Part shown: piece after piece, positions 47,528 through 58,251 of the stretch
How the letters are laid out: every line of letters starts with the position of its first letter
How positions within the stretch are numbered: the first letter of the stretch is position 1
Origin: a virus
DNA: 64,000 nt
Reading direction: 5' to 3' (one strand)
Virus record (IMG/VR): IMGVR_UViG_3300035698_004199
Coordinates: 10,292 to 74,291 of that record
Translations under genes and position numbers: made by a program
The notes under the pieces: model-generated
The model's database searches: none
What the model saw: only the letters and a program-made list of their open reading frames with translations
Told to the model about the DNA's origin: nothing

Positions 47528-48406
47528 ATGGCTACTTTTGCAAAACTAGGTGTTTGGCCTATAGGTTACTTCAGAGCCTTCTCAAGTTGGCTCCTTAAAA
47601 ACCGTAGGGACGTTGCCCGAAGGATCGCAGTACTCAATGCTGAGATTGAAAGAATAGGTTTTATTCGTGTGGAGTATGCCACATCTGAAGATGGTACTAA
47701 AAGAACAGAACAGCGAGTGGGTCTATCTGTAACACACAGCTCATCACTAGGCAAGTTATTGCGTGCTTACATAGCGAATGGTGGGGACCCTCTGGCCATT
47801 TCACCCTTTATGTATCCTGAAACAACTGAGTTGTTTGGGGGTAGCACAGAAACAGATGCAGAATCAATTGAAGACTATCCTCATGGGGGCATAATAGCAC
47901 CTATCACAGCGGCCCCTAATGAACCTCTGTCCTCTGATGTGGCTACTGGGTATGAAGGGCACCCCGGGGGCTTTGTTCGCTCAGACGGCTATTACCCAGC
48001 CCGTCAAGGGGGGCGTATCAGTCCAGGAGCTTATGACCATGATGCTATTGTAAAAACCATGCACCAGATGCGTAGCTGGGCAAACCAAGATATGAAGGAA
48101 CGCCTACAAGATTTAGAATGGCGTATCATCAAACTATGTGATCTGCGTGAGCAGTTGACCAAGGAACGGGATGAAACTTTAGTACAAGCGTTTGGGGATG
48201 CTCTAGATGGTGTGGCACCTTTTGATGAAACACGCTTTGACAGAGATTATATGATACAGAACTTAATACAGGAAATGTATATCTTATTGTACGACACGGA
48301 TGCTTCAGGCGCAACAACCTTTGCTGTCCGCCCAGAAGCAGCACTGCTTGAATTCACCTTCCCGGACAGACCCTCTGAAGTGGGCAGGGATATGCTTGGT
48401 GGTTAG
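47528..48406 (+). CDS. Hypothetical virion-associated protein (292 aa)
   Basis: RBS GGAG; coiled-coil segment; inside the baseplate cluster. Confidence 0.7.
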   Translation: MATFAKLGVWPIGYFRAFSSWLLKNRRDVARRIAVLNAEIERIGFIRVEYATSEDGTKRTEQRVGLSVTHSSSLGKLLRAYIANGGDPLAISPFMYPETTELFGGSTETDAESIEDYPHGGIIAPITAAPNEPLSSDVATGYEGHPGGFVRSDGYYPARQGGRISPGAYDHDAIVKTMHQMRSWANQDMKERLQDLEWRIIKLCDLREQLTKERDETLVQAFGDALDGVAPFDETRFDRDYMIQNLIQEMYILLYDTDASGATTFAVRPEAALLEFTFPDRPSEVGRDMLGG

Positions 48407-48447
48407 CTGGCCTATAATAAGGCCTTCTTTAGAGGGTGGAGGCAGAA

Positions 48448-49557
48448 GTGGCTGTAGATTTTCAACTAGGTTGGTCGTGTCCGCATTTAACTATTGGGGA
48501 AGTGGTTCCTCTTGCAACAGATCGCCGCACTTTAACTACTAAACAACCAATTGCGGGGCAGGGTGCAGTACAGCTTTTAGTTAATGATGATGCTTATATC
48601 CCACAAGGCGGTCTTTACTCTTCTGCTGTTTTGACAAGTCGTTTGTCTGGTCCTTATGATTTAGGGCCGGGGGCAGACTCTTTTACAATCACAACGTCAA
48701 GAGGCACCCAAACCTATAATTTCAATCTAGACAGGGCCACTCGGTACACTGCAGAACAAGTAGTGAAGCTTTTTACCAAGGCTAATATGGCAGTAGTTTA
48801 TTCTAGTAATAATAATGGTCACTTAATACTTACAGACTCAAATGCGATAGGTTCTGATTCTTTTGTAAGTGTCTCAGGGACAGCAGCTGCAGTTCTAGGG
48901 TTTGGCGATTCAGATACCAATGAATACCAAAGAAGGGCACAAGGCGCACAGTTGTATCCCGGATGGGTTTTATTTACACCCCTTAATCAGCTTGACACAA
49001 TACCAAACCACAGAGTTTTACGTTTCGTATCCCCTGTGCGAGGAAACCCTATATTCAAATTGACATATACAGTAACACCTCAAAGGTGTCTACGCTGTGG
49101 TGGAAGCAATATAGAAAATGACATACGGTTTGCAAGCAATGGCCAAAGCTTGATGATTCAGGATGAGGATCTGCTCTATCAAGCAGCCCTCAAGATTTTG
49201 CTTACGGATAAAGGTTCAAACCCTTATCATCCTTGGTATGGATCTGAGATCAAGTCTCGTATTGGCGCAAAGGCTATTTCTGGTGTGACTACACTACTAA
49301 ATGAGGATGTCCGTAGGTCCCTGTTAAGACTACAAGATCTACAAACATCACAGGCTAAGTATCAAGAAGTTACATACAAAGAACGGCTATATGCAATCTT
49401 AAATGTGGAGGTCAAACAGCACGAACAAGATCCTACTGTATTTTTGGTAGAAGTGACTGTTCAGAACGCTTCCTCTGAGCCTATTAACATTTCTATTGTC
49501 TATGCAGTCCCCTCGACGGTAGCTTTAATGGGATCAAATGGCCTTTTTTTGGCCTGA
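48448..49557 (+). CDS. Baseplate wedge / sheath initiator (T4 gp25 / P2 gpW-like C-terminal domain)
   Basis: QDEDLLYQAALKILLTDKGSNPYHPWYGSEI...IG is the gp25-family pattern; RBS GGAGG before GTG 48448. Confidence 0.85.
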   Translation: MAVDFQLGWSCPHLTIGEVVPLATDRRTLTTKQPIAGQGAVQLLVNDDAYIPQGGLYSSAVLTSRLSGPYDLGPGADSFTITTSRGTQTYNFNLDRATRYTAEQVVKLFTKANMAVVYSSNNNGHLILTDSNAIGSDSFVSVSGTAAAVLGFGDSDTNEYQRRAQGAQLYPGWVLFTPLNQLDTIPNHRVLRFVSPVRGNPIFKLTYTVTPQRCLRCGGSNIENDIRFASNGQSLMIQDEDLLYQAALKILLTDKGSNPYHPWYGSEIKSRIGAKAISGVTTLLNEDVRRSLLRLQDLQTSQAKYQEVTYKERLYAILNVEVKQHEQDPTVFLVEVTVQNASSEPINISIVYAVPSTVALMGSNGLFLA

Positions 49558-49579
49558 GAGTGATTGATAAGGAGTGGCT

Positions 49580-52500
49580 ATGGCGATAACCCCTAAATTT
49601 CTTGGCCCCGACGGTCTTTACCGGGAGCGATATATATTTACTACAGACTCCCCCTATAGGTTTTTCCATGGGCAGATGGATTCAGATACTATTGACATGC
49701 AAGTATCTATTCGTGGTGGCGGCCAGACTTCTAATCCTGACTACATTCTTTTTGAAGGAACAACTTTTACTGTCCCAAACCCGTCTGCTTTTCCAGATGG
49801 ACTTCAATTATTACAAGGCTCTAATAATATTCAGGTTCGTTCTGTTCTATCTAATGGCCAAACAACAGATTTTGGAACTATTGATGCCAACCTGTCTTTG
49901 GAACGTAACACTAAGGCATTGACAGCACCACCTTCTGGATTCTTTATTGAACGGAAGGATCAGACTGTCCGTCTAGTAATTACAGGGTTAGAGGATACAG
50001 ATGTTCAAGGCTACAATGTTTATGCGTCTACTTCACCCGGCGGTGGCTTGGTAGGCTACAAGAGAATAAATCTTGCGTTGCTGACAACATCTTTAGCAGA
50101 AGAGATAACATCACAGTTGGGAACACTAACTGTGGATTCTGCTGTACCCCTAGATGGGGATGGTTCTCCTGTTACAGACCCTCTACTATTCAAAGTTGTG
50201 GGTGTGCAGATGGATGTTGCGGGAAATGTGCTGCAACAAGACTTTGATGAAAACCTACAGATACCGGAAACAGTCACACAGTTCAGAACTACAATGCTTA
50301 TATCCTCTGTGTCTTCAACGCAACGCTACGAGTTTATTCATAATAGACAAGCACTGCCTACAGACACAGAATACCCAGCAATTCCGTATAGCGAGTTTTT
50401 GGCAATTCCTGAAACAGATCCGCTGTACTACACGGTGACGGCTGTATACTATATAGATGGTGTTGAGTACGAGTCTGCTTTGTCGCAAGAGGTTTCAGGA
50501 TCTCCACTGATAGTTACTCCAAGTATTGCAGATCTGCCTACTGTATCCAGACAACAGATTGTTAGGGACACTTCTTTAACAATCTTCAGGTCACACCCGG
50601 AAGCGGATACAAAACCAGGTTCTTACCTCAGGGATACCTTTGTAGATCCTTTTGCTACAGAAGCAGAGCGTGTTCGCTTCGTGATTAGCTTTTTGCAATC
50701 GGCACAGAGTTTTACAACACTACTGGCAATAGACGACCCCAGTAGTTCAAGGTCTTCTCTACCAGTTACGCAATCGGCTTACAAGCTGGCTCTAAAACAA
50801 GCGTTCTTTCTTCAGGACAATCAATCTGTTCAAAACTTGATAGACAATGCTTTTGATCAGCTGGCCTCCCGCCGTGGGGTTGTGCGACTTACAGGGCAGC
50901 GTGCTAGAGGCGAAGCAACTTTTTTCCTGACAACACGCCCAACTTCAACTTATGTGGTACCTATTGGCACAACTATTTCTGGTGGCGGCATAGAGTTTAG
51001 GACAACTTCTGCAGCCAGAATCTCTGCTTCAGGGGTTGGTGTAAATTATGACCCCTCAACAGGGCGTTGGTCTACTAATGCTTATATAGAAGCCTCAGAT
51101 GCAGGCACAGGCGGTAATCTGTCAGCTAATCAGATCAGATCCCTGGGTGTTAATTTAGCAGGGCTTCAAGTTACAAATACGAGTGCGACCTTTGGGGGCA
51201 AGTCTTCCGAGTCAAACTATGACCTTGCAGTTAGATCGGATGGTTTACTTGCAGGGGTAGACTCAGGTACTTATCGTGGCTGCATGACAAAAGCTGCTAG
51301 TGTAGGCGGTGTGGAACAAGTTAATGTAGTGGACGCAGGACACCCCTTAATGATGCGTGATCTGGATGCTGATACTGGTAAGCACTGGGGCGGCAAAGTG
51401 GATGTGTGGGTGCGTGGGGACAGCCCAGCAACACTAACAGACACCTTCGCATTCTCTTTTGAAACTGTGATAGCAGGACAGTTTGAGCCGGTGGGTGCAA
51501 TTACAGACTTGTTGTTCAGAACTACCGACAGCAGAGTGTCAGCAGAAAACCCAATAATAGAAATGCTTGAGCTTCCTGATTGGGGTTATGAGTTCACAGT
51601 AGATTCAAATGATGGTTCTGGTCCACGTCCAATGAGCCTTACAGGAGCAACTCTAGTTGGTTATGACGGCGTGCAGCTATCCACTTTGTATAATGACCCC
51701 ACACTTCTACGGATTACAGACCAGTTCTCAGGAACCTTCCGTTTCCGTACAAGTAATAAACATGTCTTTGATAGACAGCCTGTTGACCAGATCAATTCCT
51801 TTTATCAGGTATCCAGTACAGGAGTTCAGGTTATTGTGCCTGAAGAAGGCTACAAGCTTTTCCACCCAAACGATCCACTAGACTTAGGCATGTCTACTTT
51901 AGCAGGTGATTATATCCAGGTAGTAGAGCCCACTGACGGAACTATTATCCCAGACATCCCTTCTGGAGTGCCTATTGTTATAACAGGGGAAGAACACGTT
52001 ATTTTATCTGGTCCTGAATATCTATTGGCATTGGGTATTAACAAGTATACAGTCCACATCTATAACAGAGACCGTACCGTTGAATACAGGGGCCCCTACC
52101 ATCCTGGAACTGCAGCCCGTGACTACACCTTTGTAAATGAGGACGGGGAGATCCCGCTGGCATTTAGTTTGGTAACAGGTTCCAGTATCACAAGTGGTAT
52201 GACTATAGTAGTAGACTATCAGCACGATGAAAACTATTTTGTAGAATATCAGACAAACGGTATTGTGCAAGCAGTTCAAACAGTTGTGGATGATACAAGG
52301 CATGCAACGGCTGATGTTTTGGCTAAGGAAGCTTTGGCAGTAGGTGTGGATATCAAAGGCACTATTGTTATGCTCAGGAACCAAGATGTTGGAGTGCTAG
52401 ACGGACGTATCCGAACCGCTTTGGGCAGAACCTTCGGGGCATTGTCTTTAGGGCAGCCTGCTCGGCAAAGTGATGTCATCCAAACTATTGAAGCAGTACA

Positions 52501-53083
52501 AGGTGTCTCTTATGTGGTAGTGCCACTAAACCGTTTGGCAAGACAAAATGACTCTACAGTAGTGCGGGAAACTGTTTTTACTACTGAGTCAGGAACAGAC
52601 TGGGAACAGCTCCCGGATGCCACAGGCTGGAACACTTCAGCAGTTAAAGTATTTATCCTGAAAAACGCTCTTGTAAATCTCACTAAAGATGGTGGTGGTG
52701 ATTACAATGATTTTAGAGGTGTCTTCTTAAATGACGTACCACTTACTATTGTAGATAACCCTCCAGCAGCCAGCGGCACACCACTTAAAGGAAACGCAAG
52801 CACAGCATTCATTATTGGTAGTGACGGTATGAGTATACCTAACTACACAGGGGCTACAGCAAACAGAGTTTTGGTAGCCTTGTCTAACACAGCAGATGTT
52901 CCAATTCCTTCGGACGGTACCTTTACAGTAACCTATTTGAGTTATGAAGACCCCGAGGACCTATCCCAAACGGTTCTTAACATTGAGCCGGGGCCCACTG
53001 AATATCTGGTGTTAGGTGACCTTGAGTTCACTTATGATGAAGATTTAGACTTTACAGCTTTGGTTTCTGGCAGAAGGACCTAA
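49580..53083 (+). CDS. Baseplate J-like wedge protein (T4 gp6 / P2 gpJ family)
   Basis: DTKPGSYLRD..., GVVRLTGQRARGEATF...VPIGT...FRTT...GTGGN...TFGGKSSESN...; C-terminal SDVIQTIEAVQGVSYV. RBS AAGGAG before ATG 49580. Confidence 0.88.
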   Translation: MAITPKFLGPDGLYRERYIFTTDSPYRFFHGQMDSDTIDMQVSIRGGGQTSNPDYILFEGTTFTVPNPSAFPDGLQLLQGSNNIQVRSVLSNGQTTDFGTIDANLSLERNTKALTAPPSGFFIERKDQTVRLVITGLEDTDVQGYNVYASTSPGGGLVGYKRINLALLTTSLAEEITSQLGTLTVDSAVPLDGDGSPVTDPLLFKVVGVQMDVAGNVLQQDFDENLQIPETVTQFRTTMLISSVSSTQRYEFIHNRQALPTDTEYPAIPYSEFLAIPETDPLYYTVTAVYYIDGVEYESALSQEVSGSPLIVTPSIADLPTVSRQQIVRDTSLTIFRSHPEADTKPGSYLRDTFVDPFATEAERVRFVISFLQSAQSFTTLLAIDDPSSSRSSLPVTQSAYKLALKQAFFLQDNQSVQNLIDNAFDQLASRRGVVRLTGQRARGEATFFLTTRPTSTYVVPIGTTISGGGIEFRTTSAARISASGVGVNYDPSTGRWSTNAYIEASDAGTGGNLSANQIRSLGVNLAGLQVTNTSATFGGKSSESNYDLAVRSDGLLAGVDSGTYRGCMTKAASVGGVEQVNVVDAGHPLMMRDLDADTGKHWGGKVDVWVRGDSPATLTDTFAFSFETVIAGQFEPVGAITDLLFRTTDSRVSAENPIIEMLELPDWGYEFTVDSNDGSGPRPMSLTGATLVGYDGVQLSTLYNDPTLLRITDQFSGTFRFRTSNKHVFDRQPVDQINSFYQVSSTGVQVIVPEEGYKLFHPNDPLDLGMSTLAGDYIQVVEPTDGTIIPDIPSGVPIVITGEEHVILSGPEYLLALGINKYTVHIYNRDRTVEYRGPYHPGTAARDYTFVNEDGEIPLAFSLVTGSSITSGMTIVVDYQHDENYFVEYQTNGIVQAVQTVVDDTRHATADVLAKEALAVGVDIKGTIVMLRNQDVGVLDGRIRTALGRTFGALSLGQPARQSDVIQTIEAVQGVSYVVVPLNRLARQNDSTVVRETVFTTESGTDWEQLPDATGWNTSAVKVFILKNALVNLTKDGGGDYNDFRGVFLNDVPLTIVDNPPAASGTPLKGNASTAFIIGSDGMSIPNYTGATANRVLVALSNTADVPIPSDGTFTVTYLSYEDPEDLSQTVLNIEPGPTEYLVLGDLEFTYDEDLDFTALVSGRRT

Positions 53084-53084
53084 C

Positions 53085-56000
53085 ATGACAGATACTCCCA
53101 AAAGTAAAAACTTACTGCCTAACCTGTTGACTCAGAATCCATCTGCTTGGGAACAGGACAGTCAAGACAGAAAAACCAAGGTACAGGCCCAAGTTGATAC
53201 TATCATGGGAGTTTTTAAGCAGTTACTTCCCAGTAACTATATCAGTCAGACCAAAGGCCCTTTCTATTTAACACAGTTTGAATCTGCTGCAGAGCAGATT
53301 GCAGAATTCCAAATCACAGCTCAGGAAGTCTTTGCAGATTCCTTTTACGATTACACGAGACCAGAAGTACTTTATCAGATTCTGGGTGATTTGGTATTTC
53401 CAGATGCTTCAGAATATGGCTACCCTGAGATTGAAGGCGATCTGACATACAGAACCTTCCTACAGCGAATGGTATTTCTTCTGCTTCAAGGGGCTACTAC
53501 ACCCGCACAAAAAGCTGGTGTGGAACTTCTAACCACAGCTACCGTTGAGGTAATGGAGCGTGGTATTGAGGCAAGGAATTTAATAGTCAAAGATCCAGCG
53601 ACAGGGAAGTACAAAACAACTTCAGCTTGGGGCCTAGAGGATGTATTTACTTTTGAGATCAATGTCAGTCAGGCAAACGGCACGGTGACGATTGGGGGTG
53701 TAGACATTCCTCTCTATAAGTTCCCAGACGATCCAATGACGTTACAGCGTAATGTTCAGATTGTTTTGCGGGCACTTAAACCGGCACATGTACTATATGA
53801 ATATAGGCACCTTTTTCTGGATTCCTTTGGAACGCTTTTTACAGACAGCTTTACTGCTGATATTGAGACTCATTATTACCAAGACTTACGGCGTTATTGG
53901 TACGGGGCAACTCGTATAGCAAGTACAGCAGGTGTAACCCGAACGGATAGAAGTTTGTTTAGTGATAGCACCAGGGACTTTTCATCAATTAAAGAAGGTT
54001 CCCTGCTTACTGTTTTGACAGGTGCTAATGCTATAGATACAGGTGGGGCTACGGCTGACATAGAAGAGCGGCGTGTAGGCCGCTACCGTGTACAGTCGGT
54101 TTCCGCTTTTGTACAAGACGATCCTGTAAACAGGCAATACACTACTTCACCTACAGGCCTCACAGGGGCAGCTACAGTTTCAGGGGACGATGTTCTAGAT
54201 GCTAGTCAGATATTGTGGAATACAGTAGAAGACGGTGAGATATTTACTTTTCTCACAGGCCCTAATGCAGGTGACTATAGAATTAAGACGGTGCTTGGGC
54301 CGGATGGCGGACCAGCCGGTTCCATTTTAGTCCTAGCAGGCACAGATGCTACGGGTGTCCGTATGGCCCCCAGCATACTACACCTTCAAAGACGAATGGG
54401 TACTGCCACTACAGGACAGTCTTATGAAGTTCAAGTAGATCGTCTTGGAATGCAGATTCCGCATGAAGTGACAACGGAAGATGTGTCAAATCAGTTTTAC
54501 TCTGATGCTTTGGGCACAGTAGGATCTTCAGATTATCTTTACACGAAACGTGGACCCCTAGTTAAAACTTGGGGTGATATGACCCCTGCAACAATTGAAG
54601 ATGTCACTGTACTTTTGAACAGCGCTTCTGTGCTTGTAGCAGACATAGACCCCTTTCTAGGGAAGATCACATTGGCAGCACCCATAAGTTACAGTCCTCC
54701 AGGAACGGATACCGTTGAGGTTTCCTATACTTGGATGGCATCGCCCATTTTACCTATGACGGGACTTAATGTTCCTGGGGCGGTACTAAACCAGTGGGCA
54801 CTTCCTGTAGGGTGCCACTCACCTTCACCCGGACCCACGGGTATTTTGGGTGTTGTTAATACTGCTCGTTTTCCTATGGGCATTGTTTTAGGTCCGGTAA
54901 CTACACCGGCACCCTTGCTAATAAGCCACAGATACATAGGTTTTGAAAAGCTGACTTCTGCTTTGCTTAATAGTCCTACCACACTGTTGCTAAATCAAAA
55001 CCCCAGGGCAGCACAGATCGCAGCTTTTGAGTATGCAACCTCCGGTTCTGTTGTGGCTTTCGATGGCCAGCAGGTTCCTACAGCAAATGCAGTTCCTTGG
55101 ACACTATCAGGGCATGACACTGGATCTGTTATTGGTGGTGAGGTTTATTCTGTAGTAGACGCATTGTCTGGACCTTTTGATCCTACTGATCCTGATATAT
55201 CAATGTATTGGAGAGAAGCAGATCTGTCCTTCCCAGCAGCCTTGTATGTAGTGGGTCGTTTTCAAATAGTCTCTACAACACCTCAGGGTGTCTTTACAGG
55301 GGTTGGCATGGGTGTTCATGACAACCATAACCTTTATCTAGCAGGTGCCCTAGAGGTGCCTTCTGTTAATCCTCTTGAAGCATCCATGAAACATGTGGCT
55401 TTGGCTGTAGACCCAACTAAGCTACATACAGAAGAAGGTTGGGAGATCGGGCCTTCAGTAGCAGTTGCTATTCAGAGCAGTACAGCAGTACAGACAATAT
55501 CTTCGGATCTTCCTGTAGGTTTTATTGTGGGTTCTCGTTTCCGTATTGCTTCTGGATCTCAGGCAGGCTTCTATACAGCCACAGCAGTTACACGGAACAC
55601 AGCTAATACAGACATTGTAGTCATCCCTGCCTTCCCGGAAGATCCGAGTGCCTGGGGCAATAAGTACTACAATATACTTTTGGAAACTACTTGGGATTTA
55701 GAGCCTTCAACTTTCCGCATGGTGATAAACCTGGAAAGCAAAGATGCTACTTTGGATGTGTCGGGACGTATCTCAGGGCGTGTGGCAGCATTAACAGAAA
55801 CAACAGTACCGATACCAGCGGATACATTCTTATTGTTAGACACTACAGGCCGTGGACAAGTCTTTTGGGGCTCCTTAGATTCACAAGCACTCTCCACCAG
55901 CAACTGGTCCTTTATGCGTTATGGGATACAGCCAGATCAATCAAGACTTCGTGGTTTTGAGCAGATGGCTTCTGCTGAAATGGTGGTAGTGCCTGAAGAA

Positions 56001-58232
56001 GATCCTACTTATGAATGGTTTAGAACAGAATCTTTTGGGTACTCAACAGTTCTTTCCGGCGGTGGCTTGCGTCTAAAAAGCACGTCAGGAACAGATACAT
56101 ATAGTTCTACTTTTGGCTATGAGCGTATTGAGCCCTTCATGGAAGAAACCGCTTATGTGGATCTGAGAGCTGAGTTCAAAGTAGACACAGCAGTTCTAGG
56201 GGCTGGGGATGCGGAACTTGTAATAGAAGATGGGAAGACTATTGTTTGTCTTGCTACTCTTCAGTACTGGGAAAGTGCAACAGACCGACAGCTAATAGAC
56301 ATGCCTTATGCTAGTGTGGCTGGGTTTATGGATCCTACAACACAAGGCTGGACAGCAACACTGGGAACAGCAACCACTGGTGCAACAGAAGGCCCTGATT
56401 TTATCTTAACTACTCCAGAATCAGCAGAGAGTACTTATGGGGCTATTGTAGACACTACAAGTTTAGCTTGCGGTGATTCAGGAGATCGTGTTGGTGATGT
56501 CCGGGTGGCTTCTGATGCTGCAGGCTACTTGTTTGAGATGACTTCCCCAGATGGGTATACAGTTCAAGTTTGGCTTTTGGGTGGTGCAACACCCAAAGTT
56601 GAGCTGAGAACTGCTGCTGGTGGTTTGGTCCGAAATTACAATTTTGATTGGACGGACGAAGAGCTGCATAGTTATCGTGTAGTAGGATCTACGGGTTCTA
56701 TAGCACTGTTTGCAGATGAAGTTGCTATGGTGCCTACAGAAGCCACAGGGAACTTTCCAACTGCGGGTGCAAGTACCTTCAGCTTTGGGGCAAAACCCGC
56801 TGCAGGCGTAACCTCTATTACCAGGTGGCGGTCTGCTTCTTATTCAGTCCTGCCCCCTGCAACAGTAGTTCGGACTTTAGGTGTGTGGCTTGGTGATGAT
56901 AAAACTGATATAGATAACTGGCAGATTCCAAGAACTGACACAACAACGGCTGCCAACTCCGAATTAGTGGGGCCAGTTATTGAGCCTATGGACTGGACAA
57001 GTCTATTAGAAGTCAAAGTACTTAAAAACCCGGGGTGGGGCGTAACAGTATTCAGCCCTACTTTTGGAGTACCCCCCTATTACCAACCTGAAGTATTTAC
57101 TCCAGGTACAGGTTACACTCCTGGTCTTGGTTATTTCGATTCAGTAACAGAACCTTCTGCTGGCTGGATCAATGTAGAAAACCCAGACATACCCAAAAAG
57201 GCTTCTGTGTTTGGACAGATTTCTTTTGGTGCTTTAGAGTCTCAATCAGTTACACAGCAACAGTGGGATTGGGTCCGCTATGGGATTTACAGAGTTCCAA
57301 TAGCAGACTACAAATCCTTAGAACACATGGTACTAAACCAAGCTACTGTAGTGACTAGCGGTGAATGGTCACGGGATGTGACCCTAGAGACAGCCTTGCT
57401 GGATGTTTTGAACAGCACCACTTTGTTGCTGACTTCCACACACGTCTATGCTGCCTCTGTCTATAAGATTGTGGATGGGACTACTATCTTTGATTCTTCA
57501 CATTGGACTTTTGACACCGTAACACAAACCGTGGTTCTTAAAGCAGGTAATGTTTTCTCAGGGGCACTAGTCACGGTGCTGTTTAAGCCGGGGCCACCCA
57601 TTACAAATACATACCTGTCAAAGCAGCCTGTACTAGACGGTGTGACCCTTTTGAATTATGGCACACCACCTATAGTCAAGAGTCAGGAAACGATTCCTGC
57701 AAGGGTAGCCGTACCCGGATTGGGTGCTGGCGTACCTCTTTATGATATTTCAGTCTTTGAGGATGACCCTACAACTTTGTATGAAGGTGTTGAACACATT
57801 GAAGTTACAAACAGCGGTGACCTTGGGCTAATAGCTAGTATGGATGACAGCTTGTTGTCTCCTGCCTTTGAGGGGCTCTCAACGGGCGAAGGGGAACATG
57901 TCTACGCTCTAACAGGCGGGGGGTCCTCATTAGGCGGTGTTGGGTGCTGTGCAGGGCTTAATAAAGTTGTGGGTTTATATGTAGGAACTGTTGTAGGGGA
58001 CCATGTATTAACACTTTCAGGTGCCACATTTGGAGAAAAAATGCGGCAGCCCACTGAAACTTTTATGACAGGACTTCCTGCTCCGCACGGCGCAATTTTA
58101 TACGCCAGTGGCGGTCCAACCTTTGTAATTAGTCAGGTAGATTCCCTTGAGAACACTGTTCCAGGGTATAGATCACAGGGTGGTGTGATAGGAGCGGACG
58201 GTGCTATTCTCGCGCCACCTTATTCTATATAG
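53085..58232 (+). CDS. Large baseplate wedge protein (P2 gpI / T4 gp7-like N-terminal core)
   Basis: LLPSNY...YRTFLQRM...LRALKPAHVLY ('KPAH' motif), directly after the J-like gene. Confidence 0.7.
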   Translation: MTDTPKSKNLLPNLLTQNPSAWEQDSQDRKTKVQAQVDTIMGVFKQLLPSNYISQTKGPFYLTQFESAAEQIAEFQITAQEVFADSFYDYTRPEVLYQILGDLVFPDASEYGYPEIEGDLTYRTFLQRMVFLLLQGATTPAQKAGVELLTTATVEVMERGIEARNLIVKDPATGKYKTTSAWGLEDVFTFEINVSQANGTVTIGGVDIPLYKFPDDPMTLQRNVQIVLRALKPAHVLYEYRHLFLDSFGTLFTDSFTADIETHYYQDLRRYWYGATRIASTAGVTRTDRSLFSDSTRDFSSIKEGSLLTVLTGANAIDTGGATADIEERRVGRYRVQSVSAFVQDDPVNRQYTTSPTGLTGAATVSGDDVLDASQILWNTVEDGEIFTFLTGPNAGDYRIKTVLGPDGGPAGSILVLAGTDATGVRMAPSILHLQRRMGTATTGQSYEVQVDRLGMQIPHEVTTEDVSNQFYSDALGTVGSSDYLYTKRGPLVKTWGDMTPATIEDVTVLLNSASVLVADIDPFLGKITLAAPISYSPPGTDTVEVSYTWMASPILPMTGLNVPGAVLNQWALPVGCHSPSPGPTGILGVVNTARFPMGIVLGPVTTPAPLLISHRYIGFEKLTSALLNSPTTLLLNQNPRAAQIAAFEYATSGSVVAFDGQQVPTANAVPWTLSGHDTGSVIGGEVYSVVDALSGPFDPTDPDISMYWREADLSFPAALYVVGRFQIVSTTPQGVFTGVGMGVHDNHNLYLAGALEVPSVNPLEASMKHVALAVDPTKLHTEEGWEIGPSVAVAIQSSTAVQTISSDLPVGFIVGSRFRIASGSQAGFYTATAVTRNTANTDIVVIPAFPEDPSAWGNKYYNILLETTWDLEPSTFRMVINLESKDATLDVSGRISGRVAALTETTVPIPADTFLLLDTTGRGQVFWGSLDSQALSTSNWSFMRYGIQPDQSRLRGFEQMASAEMVVVPEEDPTYEWFRTESFGYSTVLSGGGLRLKSTSGTDTYSSTFGYERIEPFMEETAYVDLRAEFKVDTAVLGAGDAELVIEDGKTIVCLATLQYWESATDRQLIDMPYASVAGFMDPTTQGWTATLGTATTGATEGPDFILTTPESAESTYGAIVDTTSLACGDSGDRVGDVRVASDAAGYLFEMTSPDGYTVQVWLLGGATPKVELRTAAGGLVRNYNFDWTDEELHSYRVVGSTGSIALFADEVAMVPTEATGNFPTAGASTFSFGAKPAAGVTSITRWRSASYSVLPPATVVRTLGVWLGDDKTDIDNWQIPRTDTTTAANSELVGPVIEPMDWTSLLEVKVLKNPGWGVTVFSPTFGVPPYYQPEVFTPGTGYTPGLGYFDSVTEPSAGWINVENPDIPKKASVFGQISFGALESQSVTQQQWDWVRYGIYRVPIADYKSLEHMVLNQATVVTSGEWSRDVTLETALLDVLNSTTLLLTSTHVYAASVYKIVDGTTIFDSSHWTFDTVTQTVVLKAGNVFSGALVTVLFKPGPPITNTYLSKQPVLDGVTLLNYGTPPIVKSQETIPARVAVPGLGAGVPLYDISVFEDDPTTLYEGVEHIEVTNSGDLGLIASMDDSLLSPAFEGLSTGEGEHVYALTGGGSSLGGVGCCAGLNKVVGLYVGTVVGDHVLTLSGATFGEKMRQPTETFMTGLPAPHGAILYASGGPTFVISQVDSLENTVPGYRSQGGVIGADGAILAPPYSI

Positions 58233-58251
58233 TTCCAGTAGTGTGTTTTAG

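Noticed and set aside
985-58232. Genome-wide TAG recoding (code 15), suggested by in-frame TAG junctions at 1321-1324, 17597-17612 and 31742-31748
   Set aside because: ORFs of up to 12 kb have no internal TAG. Other TAG stops (24373, 48406, 58232) are followed by out-of-frame genes, and the genes at 1324 and 31748 have their own SD and ATG. Only the chaperone junction stays suspicious.
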